DNA of 62,157 nt from Promethearchaeia archaeon (GCA_029856125.1 JAHQWJ010000012.1:1-62157), one strand, 5' to 3'; positions 1-10,151 are shown, numbered from the stretch's first letter. The notes: a model not told the origin generated them from the sequence alone. Made by a program: numbers and translations.

Positions 1-279
1 AAAATTCCAGCTAATTTAAGAATTGTAAATTTATCGAATGCTAAAGAAACAGTGACAAGATCAGGTAAAAGAAGTATCTACGTATTGGTAAATATGGTTT
101 TACCTTTTATATAAACACTTTTTTTTTTCTTCTTTACGGAATTTAGAACAGTTCATCAAATGTTCAAGAGTCCATTTATAGTTTAGCATTAAAAACTAAT
201 TATGCATCCTTACCTTGTTTTAATTAAGAACAAAAAAAAAACAAGAAAATGAAAAATAATAAAAAGGAGGTAAAAACTA

Positions 280-351
280 ATGGGAAAAACCGATATTAAA
301 GTTGTAAAAGCAAAAATGAACTTTAAAACATTAAGTTTTATGGCAAGATAA
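280..351 (+). CDS. Putative 23-aa small protein MGKTDIKVVKAKMNFKTLSFMAR (not in ORF track)
   Basis: Translated by hand; strong SD AAGGAGGTA just upstream of the ATG; T-rich tract follows the stop. Confidence 0.5.
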   Translation: MGKTDIKVVKAKMNFKTLSFMAR

Positions 352-427
352 GGATAAATTAAATTCTTTTTTTAATAATTTTTTAATTAAAAAATACAAA
401 AAAAACTAATAAAAGAGGTAAATAAAA

Positions 428-499
428 ATGGATAAGTATGAAAAAAGAACAATAATAATAAAAACACCTGACGCTTTTCCTGGGCGTATAGATTTTTAA
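428..499 (+). CDS. Putative 23-aa small protein MDKYEKRTIIIKTPDAFPGRIDF (not in ORF track)
   Basis: Translated by hand; SD-like AAGAGGTA upstream in a context resembling that of the 280..351 ORF; T-rich tract downstream. Confidence 0.5.
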   Translation: MDKYEKRTIIIKTPDAFPGRIDF

Positions 500-733
500 T
501 TACGATTTCTTTTAAAGAAAAATTCTAATTTTTTCTAGGATACCGAGAATATAACAAGATTTATTACTCTATTTTGTAAAAAAACATTTCAAAAATCTTT
601 TAAGTTAGTAGTAGATTGCTTTTTCCATAAAATATTTATGATTTTATTCATTTACTAATTTAAATTTTAAATATTATTCTTATTACTTCATAGCTAATTA
701 CTATGATCTTTAAGTTAAAAGAGAGAAAATGAA

Positions 734-2986
734 ATGGTTAAAGTAAAAAATCCCGATGAGATCGCACAACTCATTACATCAGGTTCGTTTGAGAAAAAAC
801 GGTTGTTTTCAATAGTGGCTCATATAGACCACGGTAAAACCACCGCAAGCGATTACCTTCTAAGACGTGCAGGTTTAATGAGGGAAGAGGACGCCGGACA
901 ACTTCAGATGACTGATTCTGACGAAGAAGAGCAGGCAAGAGGAATTACAATTTTCACGAGTGTTGTTCTGTTAGCATTCAATGATCCAAGAAAACCGGAT
1001 GATGACGAACCATACATCCTTCAAATTAACGATACTCCCGGACATATTTCTTTTACTGGAGAAGTGTCGCGTGCTCTTAGGGGTAGCGATGGGGCTATAA
1101 TTCTTGTTGATGCTTTAGAGGGTGTTATGACTCAAACAGAGACAAATATCCGATTATCCGTTGGTGAAGAGTATTGTAAGCCTGTGTTATTTATTAATAA
1201 AGTTGATCGGTTAATAAGTGAACTTAAATTAAGTCCACAAGCTACTTTCGAAAAAATTGATAAAATTTCAAGACAGGTAAATGAATTAATCAAAAAGATT
1301 AGACCCGAAGGATCAGGTTGGACCGTTGATTTTGCCAAAAACAGCGTTGCCGTTGGTTCAGCGAAACATGGGTGGGGTTTTACCTATGAAATTTTATTGG
1401 AAAAAGGTTTAAAGCCACAAGATGTATTCGCAAAATATAGTGAAGGCGACATTCAGTGGTTAAGAGATAATCTTCCACTTGACGAGCCGATGTTAAGGAT
1501 GGTTGTGGATCATTTACCTAATCCCGTGGAAGCTTCAAAGTATAGAATTCCTCACATATGGGCGGGTGATTTAGACTCAGAATTAGGACAATCACTTCAA
1601 AAATGCGATCCTAACGGTCCGCTCTATGGTATGATTACAAAAATATTCTTAGACCCACGAAGAGGGTATCAACCAACTTTAATTGGCAGGGTTTTTTCTG
1701 GAACATTCCGATTATCGGACTCGATCTATTTGGTAAATAACAGAACAAGTAATCGAGTCAAACGATTGGGAGTCATGGAAATTACAGATCTATTGGATAT
1801 CCCAAAAATTCCTGCAGGAAATTTGTTTGCTCTATACGGTTTTATTTGTCCCTCTGGAGAGACATTTATGTCCGCCAGTGATGTCCCAAAGGATAAAAAA
1901 GAAGCTTTACTTCTGCCGTCTTTTGAAAAAATCCAATATGCGTGTGAACCCGTTGTTTCAAGAAGCATAAAACCCAAAGATCCACACGAAATCGACAAAT
2001 TAGATACGGTAGTAAGTAAGTGGCTTCAAGCAGATCCTACTGCGATGTATCGGCGGGACAAAGAATCTGGAGAGTTCATCTTAAGTGGAATCGATCCGCT
2101 TCAAATTGAAATCCTTACCAAACGGATCAATAACCAAGTTTCAATTATAATCGGAGAGCCGATAATAGTATTTCGAGAAAAAATTACTAAGAGAAGCAGA
2201 AACTTTTACACAAAATCAGCAAACTCCCATAATCGCATCTTGTTATACCTTGAACCACTAGACGAGCTAACAGAAAAACTAATTGATTCCGGAAAAATAA
2301 CAGATTTGATGCATGACAAGGATAGAGCAAAAATCTTAAGAGAGGAAGCAGGTTGGGACGCGAAAGAAGCTAGAAGGATCGTTGACGTGTATCAAGGAAG
2401 CTTACTCGTAAATGGCACCTCAGGATTACAACGATTTGATAAAGTTAAATCTTACTTAACGGCTGCCTTTAGAGATTGGCTTGGAGAATGTATTCTTGCA
2501 AAAGAACCAGGAGCAGGATTTAAAATAGTTTTCACAGACATGACTATTCATGAAGACACTCGCCATACATCGTACGGACAAATAGCAGGAATGGCTTTCT
2601 CTGCTATGTCCTTAGCAATGTTGGACGCTGATCCTCATCTTTTCGAACCTATTCAGAGAATTGACGTGAAAACTCCAGAAGGGTCAGAAGGACCAGTCAA
2701 TGCTATTATTAATAGGCGACGTGGCAAAATTACGAATGTAGTTCCAGAAGGAGAATACGTAAGGGTTCACGGTGTAATTCCCGCAGCTGAAACTATTGGT
2801 ATAGCTGACGATATACGAGGTTCTACTCAAGGAAGAGCGTTCTTTGGATACGAATTTTCTGGTTTTGAAAAAGTACCAAAGAGTTTAGAAGAAGATCTTA
2901 TTCTCGAAATACGAGCGAGAAAAGGTATGCCCGACCACTTGGCTAATTCTTCAAGCTGGGATCGATTTATTTACAAAAAGACTTAG
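734..2986 (+). CDS. Archaeal elongation factor 2 family GTPase, probably the paralog aEF-2p
   Basis: G1 AHIDHGKTT, G2 RGITI, G3 DTPGH, G4 NKVD, C-terminal IRGSTQGRA; domain IV loop HEDTRHTSYGQ instead of HxDxxHRG; not adjacent to rpS12/rpS7. Confidence 0.9.
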   Translation: MVKVKNPDEIAQLITSGSFEKKRLFSIVAHIDHGKTTASDYLLRRAGLMREEDAGQLQMTDSDEEEQARGITIFTSVVLLAFNDPRKPDDDEPYILQINDTPGHISFTGEVSRALRGSDGAIILVDALEGVMTQTETNIRLSVGEEYCKPVLFINKVDRLISELKLSPQATFEKIDKISRQVNELIKKIRPEGSGWTVDFAKNSVAVGSAKHGWGFTYEILLEKGLKPQDVFAKYSEGDIQWLRDNLPLDEPMLRMVVDHLPNPVEASKYRIPHIWAGDLDSELGQSLQKCDPNGPLYGMITKIFLDPRRGYQPTLIGRVFSGTFRLSDSIYLVNNRTSNRVKRLGVMEITDLLDIPKIPAGNLFALYGFICPSGETFMSASDVPKDKKEALLLPSFEKIQYACEPVVSRSIKPKDPHEIDKLDTVVSKWLQADPTAMYRRDKESGEFILSGIDPLQIEILTKRINNQVSIIIGEPIIVFREKITKRSRNFYTKSANSHNRILLYLEPLDELTEKLIDSGKITDLMHDKDRAKILREEAGWDAKEARRIVDVYQGSLLVNGTSGLQRFDKVKSYLTAAFRDWLGECILAKEPGAGFKIVFTDMTIHEDTRHTSYGQIAGMAFSAMSLAMLDADPHLFEPIQRIDVKTPEGSEGPVNAIINRRRGKITNVVPEGEYVRVHGVIPAAETIGIADDIRGSTQGRAFFGYEFSGFEKVPKSLEEDLILEIRARKGMPDHLANSSSWDRFIYKKT

Positions 2987-4398
2987 ATTTTTTTATTATT
3001 ATTTTCTTTTGTTTTATCATTTTCCATTAATTTTTGCCGTAGTTTAACATTTTTGGATATTTTTTTTAATGCTTGGTAAAAATCATTTGGAATAATTTCG
3101 ATTTGTTCTAGTAATTCAGGATCTATAATTTCACAATCCAAATCAATTTGCGGTAGATATCTTTTCAACGCAAAAAGTGAAGCTTCTTTACATACTCCAG
3201 AAATATCTGCTCCACTAAAATTCTGAGTGCTTTCAGCTAATTCTCGTATAGAAACAGATTTTTCTAGTGGCATATTTCTGGTATGAATTCTAAATATTTC
3301 ATCACGACCTTTTTCTTCAGGTAAATTAATTTCAATGATTTTATCAAATCTCCCTGGACTTAGTAGAGCAGGTTCTAAAAGTTCTAGTTTATTGGTTAAT
3401 CCAATCACAATAACAACCCCTCTTCTATTAAATCCATCCAACAAAGATAACAATTGTGAAACCATTCTGTGTTCCCATTTACCTAAAACTAGTTCCTTTC
3501 TTGGAGCAATAGAATCTATCTCATCAATAATTATAATAGAAGGCGCTTTTTCTTCAGCTTCAATAAAAATATTCCGTAATTTTTTTTCTGTTTCGGAGTG
3601 ATATTTCTGTATTATTTCTGGACCGCTAAAAAATAAGATGTATGCTTCGCTTTCATTAGCAACTGCTCTTGCTAAAAGAGTCTTTCCACAACCTGGAGGG
3701 CCTGAAAGTAAAATCCCTCTTTGAGGTGTTATCCCTAACTTATTAATTAATGATGGATGTCTTAGAGGAATTTCTACTATATCTCTTATTTCTTCTATCT
3801 CATGATGTAAGCCCCCAATATACTCGAATGTAACATAGTCTGCCCCCTGCTCTTTATCTTCAGTAATTTCTTCACTTATATAAAGAACTGTCTCTGGTTT
3901 AATAGTACAAATTCCACTAGGTTTCAGGCTTATGACTTTAAAACTAACTTCCCTGCTGATACCTATTGATATAAAAATAAAATCATCAATAGCAACGGGG
4001 TAATTAGTTAACTTACGTTTAACGAATGTTTCAAACCTTGGATTCGATTTTATTTTAATACTAATTGGTGCTAAAACGATATTTTGAGCGGTATGAGTTA
4101 TTACTTTTCTGATTTGAATCGTTTCATCAATACTTGTTCCCGCATTTTTAATTAATCTAGAATCAATACGAACAATTCCTAATCCACTATCTTGAGGATA
4201 ACTTGGCCAAGCAATCGCAGCAGTTTCCTTTTTTCCAATAAGAGATATAATATCAGCAGTTTTTATATCTAACTTATCCATGGTTTCTTGATCAATTCTT
4301 GCGATATTTCGACCAATATCCCTCTTTTTTGCTTCTTGTACACGTAAAGCTACTCTTAAGCTATCTTTAAAATTATTATCCTTAGTCTTATCCCTCAT
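2983..4398 (-). CDS. Cdc48/VAT-like AAA+ ATPase, N-domain plus a single AAA module
   Basis: N-domain [19 protein letters not shown]; Walker A GPPGCGKT; Walker B IIIIDEID; [13 protein letters not shown]; 471 aa with no D2. Confidence 0.9.
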   Translation of the reverse strand: MRDKTKDNNFKDSLRVALRVQEAKKRDIGRNIARIDQETMDKLDIKTADIISLIGKKETAAIAWPSYPQDSGLGIVRIDSRLIKNAGTSIDETIQIRKVITHTAQNIVLAPISIKIKSNPRFETFVKRKLTNYPVAIDDFIFISIGISREVSFKVISLKPSGICTIKPETVLYISEEITEDKEQGADYVTFEYIGGLHHEIEEIRDIVEIPLRHPSLINKLGITPQRGILLSGPPGCGKTLLARAVANESEAYILFFSGPEIIQKYHSETEKKLRNIFIEAEEKAPSIIIIDEIDSIAPRKELVLGKWEHRMVSQLLSLLDGFNRRGVVIVIGLTNKLELLEPALLSPGRFDKIIEINLPEEKGRDEIFRIHTRNMPLEKSVSIRELAESTQNFSGADISGVCKEASLFALKRYLPQIDLDCEIIDPELLEQIEIIPNDFYQALKKISKNVKLRQKLMENDKTKENNNKKI

Positions 4399-4485
4399 TA
4401 TAAATCAAAATTGAAGTAGATGGATTTATTAGAATAGAAGTAATTTAGAGTTAAATATTTTAAGCATTTAAGAAGATTTTTTAAA

Positions 4486-5046
4486 TTACATTGAATTTTT
4501 AAAGTAAAGCTCTCTAACTAGCTTTTGAAACGCTTCAATAACTCCTTGTCCTGTCAAAGCACTTGTTTTAAAGTACTCGATGATGTCGTGTTCATTTACA
4601 AATTTTTCAACATTAAAATCTGAGTTTACTTTCTCCTCGTTAGAAACCAATTCGTTTTCATCAACTAAATCGACTTTGTTCCCAAATAATGCTATTGGAA
4701 TATCTCCGCAATACTTTTTAAGTTCATTTAACCACTTTTCGATGCGATTAAAACTTTCTATTTCTTTGGGAGCATGGGAAAACACAATTATTGCCCCGCT
4801 ACTTCCCTTATAAAACTTATGGCGCATAAATTCAAATGTTTCTTGGCCCGCCAGATCCCAAATAAATAATCTCACTTTCTTACCTTCTAGGTTTTCTTCG
4901 TAGTTTGAAAATTGAGCGCCTAAAGTGGCAATGTAATCTTTTTGAAAAGCTCCCGTTGTATATTTCCTAATTAGAGTCGTTTTTCCAACCGAGGGGTCTC
5001 CAACTACTATTATTTTGAATTTAAAATCTTCTCCTTCGCCAGACAT
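4486..5046 (-). CDS. Rab-like small GTPase
   Basis: GDPSVGKT, WDLAGQE, NKVD, TSAL motifs; no C-terminal Cys. Confidence 0.93.
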   Translation of the reverse strand: MSGEGEDFKFKIIVVGDPSVGKTTLIRKYTTGAFQKDYIATLGAQFSNYEENLEGKKVRLFIWDLAGQETFEFMRHKFYKGSSGAIIVFSHAPKEIESFNRIEKWLNELKKYCGDIPIALFGNKVDLVDENELVSNEEKVNSDFNVEKFVNEHDIIEYFKTSALTGQGVIEAFQKLVRELYFKNSM

Positions 5047-5236
5047 TATCTTTTATGGAATTTTAGTTTTTTTCAATTTTATTAATAATAATTGTTAATA
5101 TCTACAATGAATAATGAACTCGATTATTTTTATCTCTTTATAATGTTCCAAATCTCAACATTTATAGAATTGAAGATTTATTATTACTATTAAGGGAATT
5201 TTAAAATGAATTAAAGCGAATAAATTTGATGTAATT

Positions 5237-6133
5237 ATGGCCGAAGATCAAGAAAATCAAAACGAGGTAGAAAGCAGTACGGAGAAAGAAGAACCAAGAG
5301 AGGATCGAGACGATTTAGACATATATGTCTCAGAAATGAAACATCTTGAGACAGATTTTTCTGATTTGGAAGATTTGGATTTCGAAGAATTAAAAGAAAT
5401 GCAAGAAGCGATTGCAAAAGTAAAAGAATTAGAAAATTTAGAGGGTGACGAGAATGTTGAGGAATTTGTCCCAGATCTTCAATCATCTGAGCAAGAAGTT
5501 TATTTAGCACAAAAAGAAGCGATGATAAGTGATTTTTCAGATATTGAAAGTATCGATTTTGAGGAACTGCAAGAAATGCAAAAAGCAATTGAATCCGTAA
5601 AACAAGAAGAGATTCAAGATTTTGGATCTAAAATAAACCAGATGGCAGAAACCGATCCAATATCTTCAGATTTGGAAGAAAGGATCAAACAAGAACTTTT
5701 AGAAAGAAAACAGGAAGCTAAAGAAGAAGTAATCACTCCTGAAATTTTCATTGAGCGTAATAAGGATAAACGCGATAAAATTTGGTATCATGCGCTTTGT
5801 TATTTAGTTTATGAGGCAGAAGACAACATTGCGAGTAAGACGCTTCTATATGAAATGTTGAAGGAAGTTACGAGCAAAAGTCCCATAGATCCCATCCCAG
5901 AAAACCAGTTTTATTTTGGATTAGGTTACATTTTAAGATTATCACTAAATGATAAACAAGTTGTTAAATACATCAAAGGAGGTAAATTTAAGGTTAATGT
6001 AGCGGAAAAAGGGATAACAGATCTTCTAAACATAATAGGGGAACCAATAAACAGACGACCCATTCTAACAGATGATGAAAAAAAGAAAATGTATGAAGAA
6101 TTTCTCAATGACGATTTTTTTGATCAGATTTGA
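5237..6133 (+). CDS. Hypothetical protein: acidic N-half with two internal repeats, C-terminal winged-helix-like domain
   Basis: 298-aa ORF; repeats DFSDLEDLDFEELKEMQEAIAKVK and DFSDIESIDFEELQEMQKAIESVK. Confidence 0.75.
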   Translation: MAEDQENQNEVESSTEKEEPREDRDDLDIYVSEMKHLETDFSDLEDLDFEELKEMQEAIAKVKELENLEGDENVEEFVPDLQSSEQEVYLAQKEAMISDFSDIESIDFEELQEMQKAIESVKQEEIQDFGSKINQMAETDPISSDLEERIKQELLERKQEAKEEVITPEIFIERNKDKRDKIWYHALCYLVYEAEDNIASKTLLYEMLKEVTSKSPIDPIPENQFYFGLGYILRLSLNDKQVVKYIKGGKFKVNVAEKGITDLLNIIGEPINRRPILTDDEKKKMYEEFLNDDFFDQI

Positions 6134-6254
6134 AGGAATGAAATAAATCGTAATGTTAATTAAAAAACTGCTTCTGATACTTAAAATTATAAATAGATCA
6201 AAATATTAATTACATACTTACCTTACCATTTAATTAAAAAAAATAGAAAAATTA

Positions 6255-7025
6255 GTGGTTAATATGGATATAGTAGATATTTTACAAGGAAGTCTTAGCT
6301 TGATTTTTGTTATAATTTCCTTTATTATCGGAGTTACAATCATCTCTAAATATGGTAAAATTAAGAATAGAATATACATTCTGGTGGGGCTTACCTGGCT
6401 CATGTTGTCCACACTTTGGCTACCAGAAGCAGGTTCATTCCTAATGAGCTTAATTATTCAACAAACTCTCGCTATAGAATGGTATTTTATTTTGGGTAAT
6501 GTTTTTATTCCTATCGCTTTACTGTGTTGGGTAACTGCTTATACAGATATGGTCAATAAAGATAAACAAAAGATAGCAGTCGCTCTCATTTTGATCTTTG
6601 GTGTTGTCTTTGAAGGTCTGTTTTTCTACAATTTCTTTTTGGATATTAATTTATTGGGAGTTATTAACCCGTTAAGGCCATTTAGTGCCGATTTGGGGTA
6701 TTTCTTAACAATATTATTGTTAATATCATTTCTCATCTTATTTGTGACGGGTTTTAAGTTTGCTAGAAAATCAATAAAGTCTGAAAATAAAGAAGTTAGA
6801 TTAAAAGGGAAACTTCTTCAATTTGCTTTTATCGCTTTTACAATTGCCGCCCTGCTTGAGAAAACAGCAAGATCTATTTTGATAGGAACAGTTTTTCTTG
6901 ATCCAACTATTCTATTATTATCAGTGATACTAGTGATTGTAAGAGTACTATTAATATCAAGCGCGCTTGCTTTCTATGGTGGCTTTCTCTTACCAAACTG
7001 GATGAAAAAAATCTTTACCAAATAA
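6255..7025 (+). CDS. Polytopic (~7 TM) membrane protein of unknown function; start may be ATG 6264
   Basis: About seven hydrophobic segments, basic loop RKSIKSENKEVRLKGK, C-terminal LPNWMKK. Confidence 0.75.
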   Translation: MVNMDIVDILQGSLSLIFVIISFIIGVTIISKYGKIKNRIYILVGLTWLMLSTLWLPEAGSFLMSLIIQQTLAIEWYFILGNVFIPIALLCWVTAYTDMVNKDKQKIAVALILIFGVVFEGLFFYNFFLDINLLGVINPLRPFSADLGYFLTILLLISFLILFVTGFKFARKSIKSENKEVRLKGKLLQFAFIAFTIAALLEKTARSILIGTVFLDPTILLLSVILVIVRVLLISSALAFYGGFLLPNWMKKIFTK

Positions 7026-7161
7026 TTTTATTTTCTTTTTTCCTTTTTCTATATAAAATAAGAATTTCTTCACTTAGTAAACTGTGAATGTTAATAAGAC
7101 TAAAAATATTTAATTAATAAGTAGATATCAGTCATATAGCAATATTGCATTATCCAAAGCC

Positions 7162-7797
7162 ATGAAAGTTAAACCTTCTTTGCTGATTATGGGAAATTCA
7201 AATGTAGGAAAAAGTTCAATAACAAGACTATTACTCCCAAATCCAAAAAAGTTTAAAGGGAGAGCAGGTAAACAACCAGGGAGCACACTTCTAATAAAAG
7301 CTATAGAATTTCCTCTAATGCCCTATAAAATCGTGGATTTACCCGGATTTGGGTATATGAAAGACTCTAGCCGCCGAAGAGAGGAACACATAAAGAAACA
7401 AATAGTTATCCATATTGAAAAACACCATGATGAATACTTTTTTGGTTTAATAGTACTAAATTCACTAAGAATTGAAGATGAGTTAAAAAAATATTTCATG
7501 GAGGATAAGACTACAATCCCTCTAACTTTTGAATTAATTAAATTTTTAAATGAATTTGAAATACCACTTCTAGTCATTTTAAATAAAATAGATAAGATTT
7601 CAGTTTTCGATAAGAAAAGAATATCTTCATTATTGATCAATTCTGCTAAGGCTTATGACTTAAACTTAGTTCAAATAACTGATAAAGAAGTTAAAGTTTA
7701 TAACGAAATACCTTATTTAGAATTCTCGGCAACGAAAAAAACAAATTTAGATAAACTGAAAAGAATCATAAATACAACACTAAAAAGAAATGGTTAA
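7162..7797 (+). CDS. engB: EngB/YihA-like GTP-binding protein
   Basis: GNSNVGKSS, DLPGFGY, NKID, SA motifs. Confidence 0.8.
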   Translation: MKVKPSLLIMGNSNVGKSSITRLLLPNPKKFKGRAGKQPGSTLLIKAIEFPLMPYKIVDLPGFGYMKDSSRRREEHIKKQIVIHIEKHHDEYFFGLIVLNSLRIEDELKKYFMEDKTTIPLTFELIKFLNEFEIPLLVILNKIDKISVFDKKRISSLLINSAKAYDLNLVQITDKEVKVYNEIPYLEFSATKKTNLDKLKRIINTTLKRNG

Positions 7798-7814
7798 AAC
7801 CTTTTTTTTGAGCA

Positions 7815-9104
7815 TCATGGATTTGTTATAACAGGATCTTTATTCTTATCCCAATTTATTGCAAACAAGAAATCTCTACTCGCCTTATTTTTATAGATCA
7901 ATGGAAAGTTTCCTATTTCTTCGACTTTGAGAGCTAAATCTTCTAAATATTCGTAAGTCGGAAAGTAATATTGTATAGATTCTTCGCTATTTAGTCTCTT
8001 ATTTATATTTAGCGCCCGTGCTTGAAGAGTAAAACCCTTAATTTCAAAAAAATTGGGATTAGCTTTCTCAATTAATTTAATATAGTCCTTAATGTAATTT
8101 TCCGATAAATTTAAGTTTTTTACCGCTGTTAATCTCACTAAGGTTCTACAAGATAAGCTTTCAACTAAATCTAAGGTGTTCGATATTTTACTCCACCCAT
8201 CTTTAATCATGGGTCGGCAAACTCTTTTATAAATATCTTTATTTGGTGCTGGTAGCGTGATATAGAGTTGGGATGGCAATGAGTTCAAACTTTCAATTTT
8301 TTCTGGTAACGTACCGTTAGTTACAATAAAGGTTGTCATATTTCGATTACGAAACTCACTTACTAATCCATCTAATTTTGGATATAAGAATGGTTCACCA
8401 TCAAGAGATATAGCTGCGTGATTAGGATTCATCGCTTCACTGTGAGCTTGCATGATTTCATCAGGCGTGGTTAAGGATACATTGATTAACCTCACGACTT
8501 CTTCCCTAGAATCTATACAACAAGATATCTCATCATCAAGCTTATAGTTCTTTAACGAATCATCTGAGGGATGAATAAATTCTTGATTTTTTAAAAGATT
8601 TACAGCTCTTTCAATTTTGTTCTTACTAACATGAAGGCTCTTGGAAAGAGAATTTACACTGTGATCTTCGCTATTTTTTAGCATATAATAAAGCATATCT
8701 GCCATAATTTCATAATTCTCAAGATTTCGTCTTAGAGGTAAGTGGTTCTTAATAATGTCTTGATGGTGGCGTATCATCTCATCAACGAGCTCCTTGGGTT
8801 CATCTGGTGTGACAACAAAATCTCTACTTAAATTTCCTAATTCGTTATCTCTCCAGCAAAAAACACATTGCTGATTACAAAAAGGCAAAGCAGGAGTATT
8901 TTGTAAACATCGATGACTTTCAATCCCAAAAACGCCCTTATAACAATTCCTATTATTTCTACCTGTCATTAGTTTTTGTTCTAACCAATGACAAGGTTTA
9001 ATTGCAGTATGTTTATTTTTTCCTATAATGCGATACATTGATTTTGAATATGCTTCTACAAACGCATTTGTAATCTTATTGTCAATAATATATGGATTCG
9101 TCAT
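7815..9104 (-). CDS. taw1: 4-demethylwyosine synthase TYW1/Taw1 (radical SAM) with internal insertion
   Basis: HTAIKPCHW, CYKGVFGIESHRCLQNTP, CNQQCVFCWR, HAAISLDGEP, FIVTNGT. Confidence 0.92.
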   Translation of the reverse strand: MTNPYIIDNKITNAFVEAYSKSMYRIIGKNKHTAIKPCHWLEQKLMTGRNNRNCYKGVFGIESHRCLQNTPALPFCNQQCVFCWRDNELGNLSRDFVVTPDEPKELVDEMIRHHQDIIKNHLPLRRNLENYEIMADMLYYMLKNSEDHSVNSLSKSLHVSKNKIERAVNLLKNQEFIHPSDDSLKNYKLDDEISCCIDSREEVVRLINVSLTTPDEIMQAHSEAMNPNHAAISLDGEPFLYPKLDGLVSEFRNRNMTTFIVTNGTLPEKIESLNSLPSQLYITLPAPNKDIYKRVCRPMIKDGWSKISNTLDLVESLSCRTLVRLTAVKNLNLSENYIKDYIKLIEKANPNFFEIKGFTLQARALNINKRLNSEESIQYYFPTYEYLEDLALKVEEIGNFPLIYKNKASRDFLFAINWDKNKDPVITNP

Positions 9105-9253
9105 TCTCCAATACCATATTTTTATTCAAAGCCTAATAGATTATAATTATAGGATAATTTAGATATTAAAAATTATTATTTAGAAATATAAGTACTTTAG
9201 TAATTAGGAACCAACTTATAAAATATAATTAGTATAACTTCAGAACTTAAAAG

Positions 9254-10138
9254 GTGTCAATATTGTTAAATAAGCTAAAAAGCCAAATGCTCAATTTAGG
9301 TTTGAAATTCATTTCCGTAGATGACAAAGTAGTCCGGATGATATTGGAAACAAGTGCTTCGAACATTAACGAGATCGTATTGATGCCCGCTGTAAAAATT
9401 GTGATGAAAAAGTTAGTTAAACGACTTCAAAATAAAATCGTTCATGGTAGAGTTTACAATGGAACATTAAACGGAATAAAAGTAAGCATTATCCGATCTC
9501 AAGTTGGATGTCCAAACGCAGCACTTACAATAGAATGCTTGAAACGTTCCAAAGCAAAAATAGTTGTAAGGGTAGATTTTTGTGGTGGAATTTATGGAGA
9601 AAATACCACGATAAATATTGGTGACATCGTGATACCCAAATCAGCTTACTGTGGAGATGGAACGAGTTCTGAATACTTAAGAGCTAATCAAACTCTATTG
9701 AATCAATTAGAATCTATAACCAACCCACTTTCAACAACCCAAAATCTCATCGCTAGTCCACAAACAATTTTTATATCTAAACCTAACGAACTATTAAAAG
9801 AACTTCTTATTAGAGAAGCTCGTTCTCTTTACCCCAGTAAAGTTTACCCCTGTAAAATTTGGACAACAGACGCGCTATTTTGTGAAACCTATGAATTTTT
9901 ACGATCCCTAAATTCAATCAATATCAAAGGAATCGACATGGAATCCTCTATTCTATTTTTATTGGGACAACTTTACAATCTAAAGGTTGCGTCTATACTA
10001 TCTGTTTCTGATTTACCTGGAGATGCGAAGTATGATCTCCTTAAATCAAACGAAATTCATCCCGATATGGAAACTGGAATAGATAACGCTATTAAAATTC
10101 TAATAAATACCCTCCCAAAAATACAACATTCTCTATAA
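9254..10138 (+). CDS. Purine/uridine nucleoside phosphorylase family protein (PNP_UDP_1)
   Basis: VGCPNAALTIE, RVDFCGG, WTTDALF, GIDMESS, LSVSD. Confidence 0.8.
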   Translation: MSILLNKLKSQMLNLGLKFISVDDKVVRMILETSASNINEIVLMPAVKIVMKKLVKRLQNKIVHGRVYNGTLNGIKVSIIRSQVGCPNAALTIECLKRSKAKIVVRVDFCGGIYGENTTINIGDIVIPKSAYCGDGTSSEYLRANQTLLNQLESITNPLSTTQNLIASPQTIFISKPNELLKELLIREARSLYPSKVYPCKIWTTDALFCETYEFLRSLNSINIKGIDMESSILFLLGQLYNLKVASILSVSDLPGDAKYDLLKSNEIHPDMETGIDNAIKILINTLPKIQHSL

Positions 10139-10151
10139 AAACAGGAGATCA

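Noticed and set aside
1-114. Open + frame KIPANLRIVNLSNAKETVTRSGKRSIYVLVNMVLPFI* at the window edge
   Set aside because: Truncated and unrecognisable; a minus-strand frame is also open over part of it, so strand cannot be assigned
8450-8745. Possible intein in Taw1
   Set aside because: No Cys/Ser start with His-Asn end and no LAGLIDADG motif; the insert looks like a wHTH
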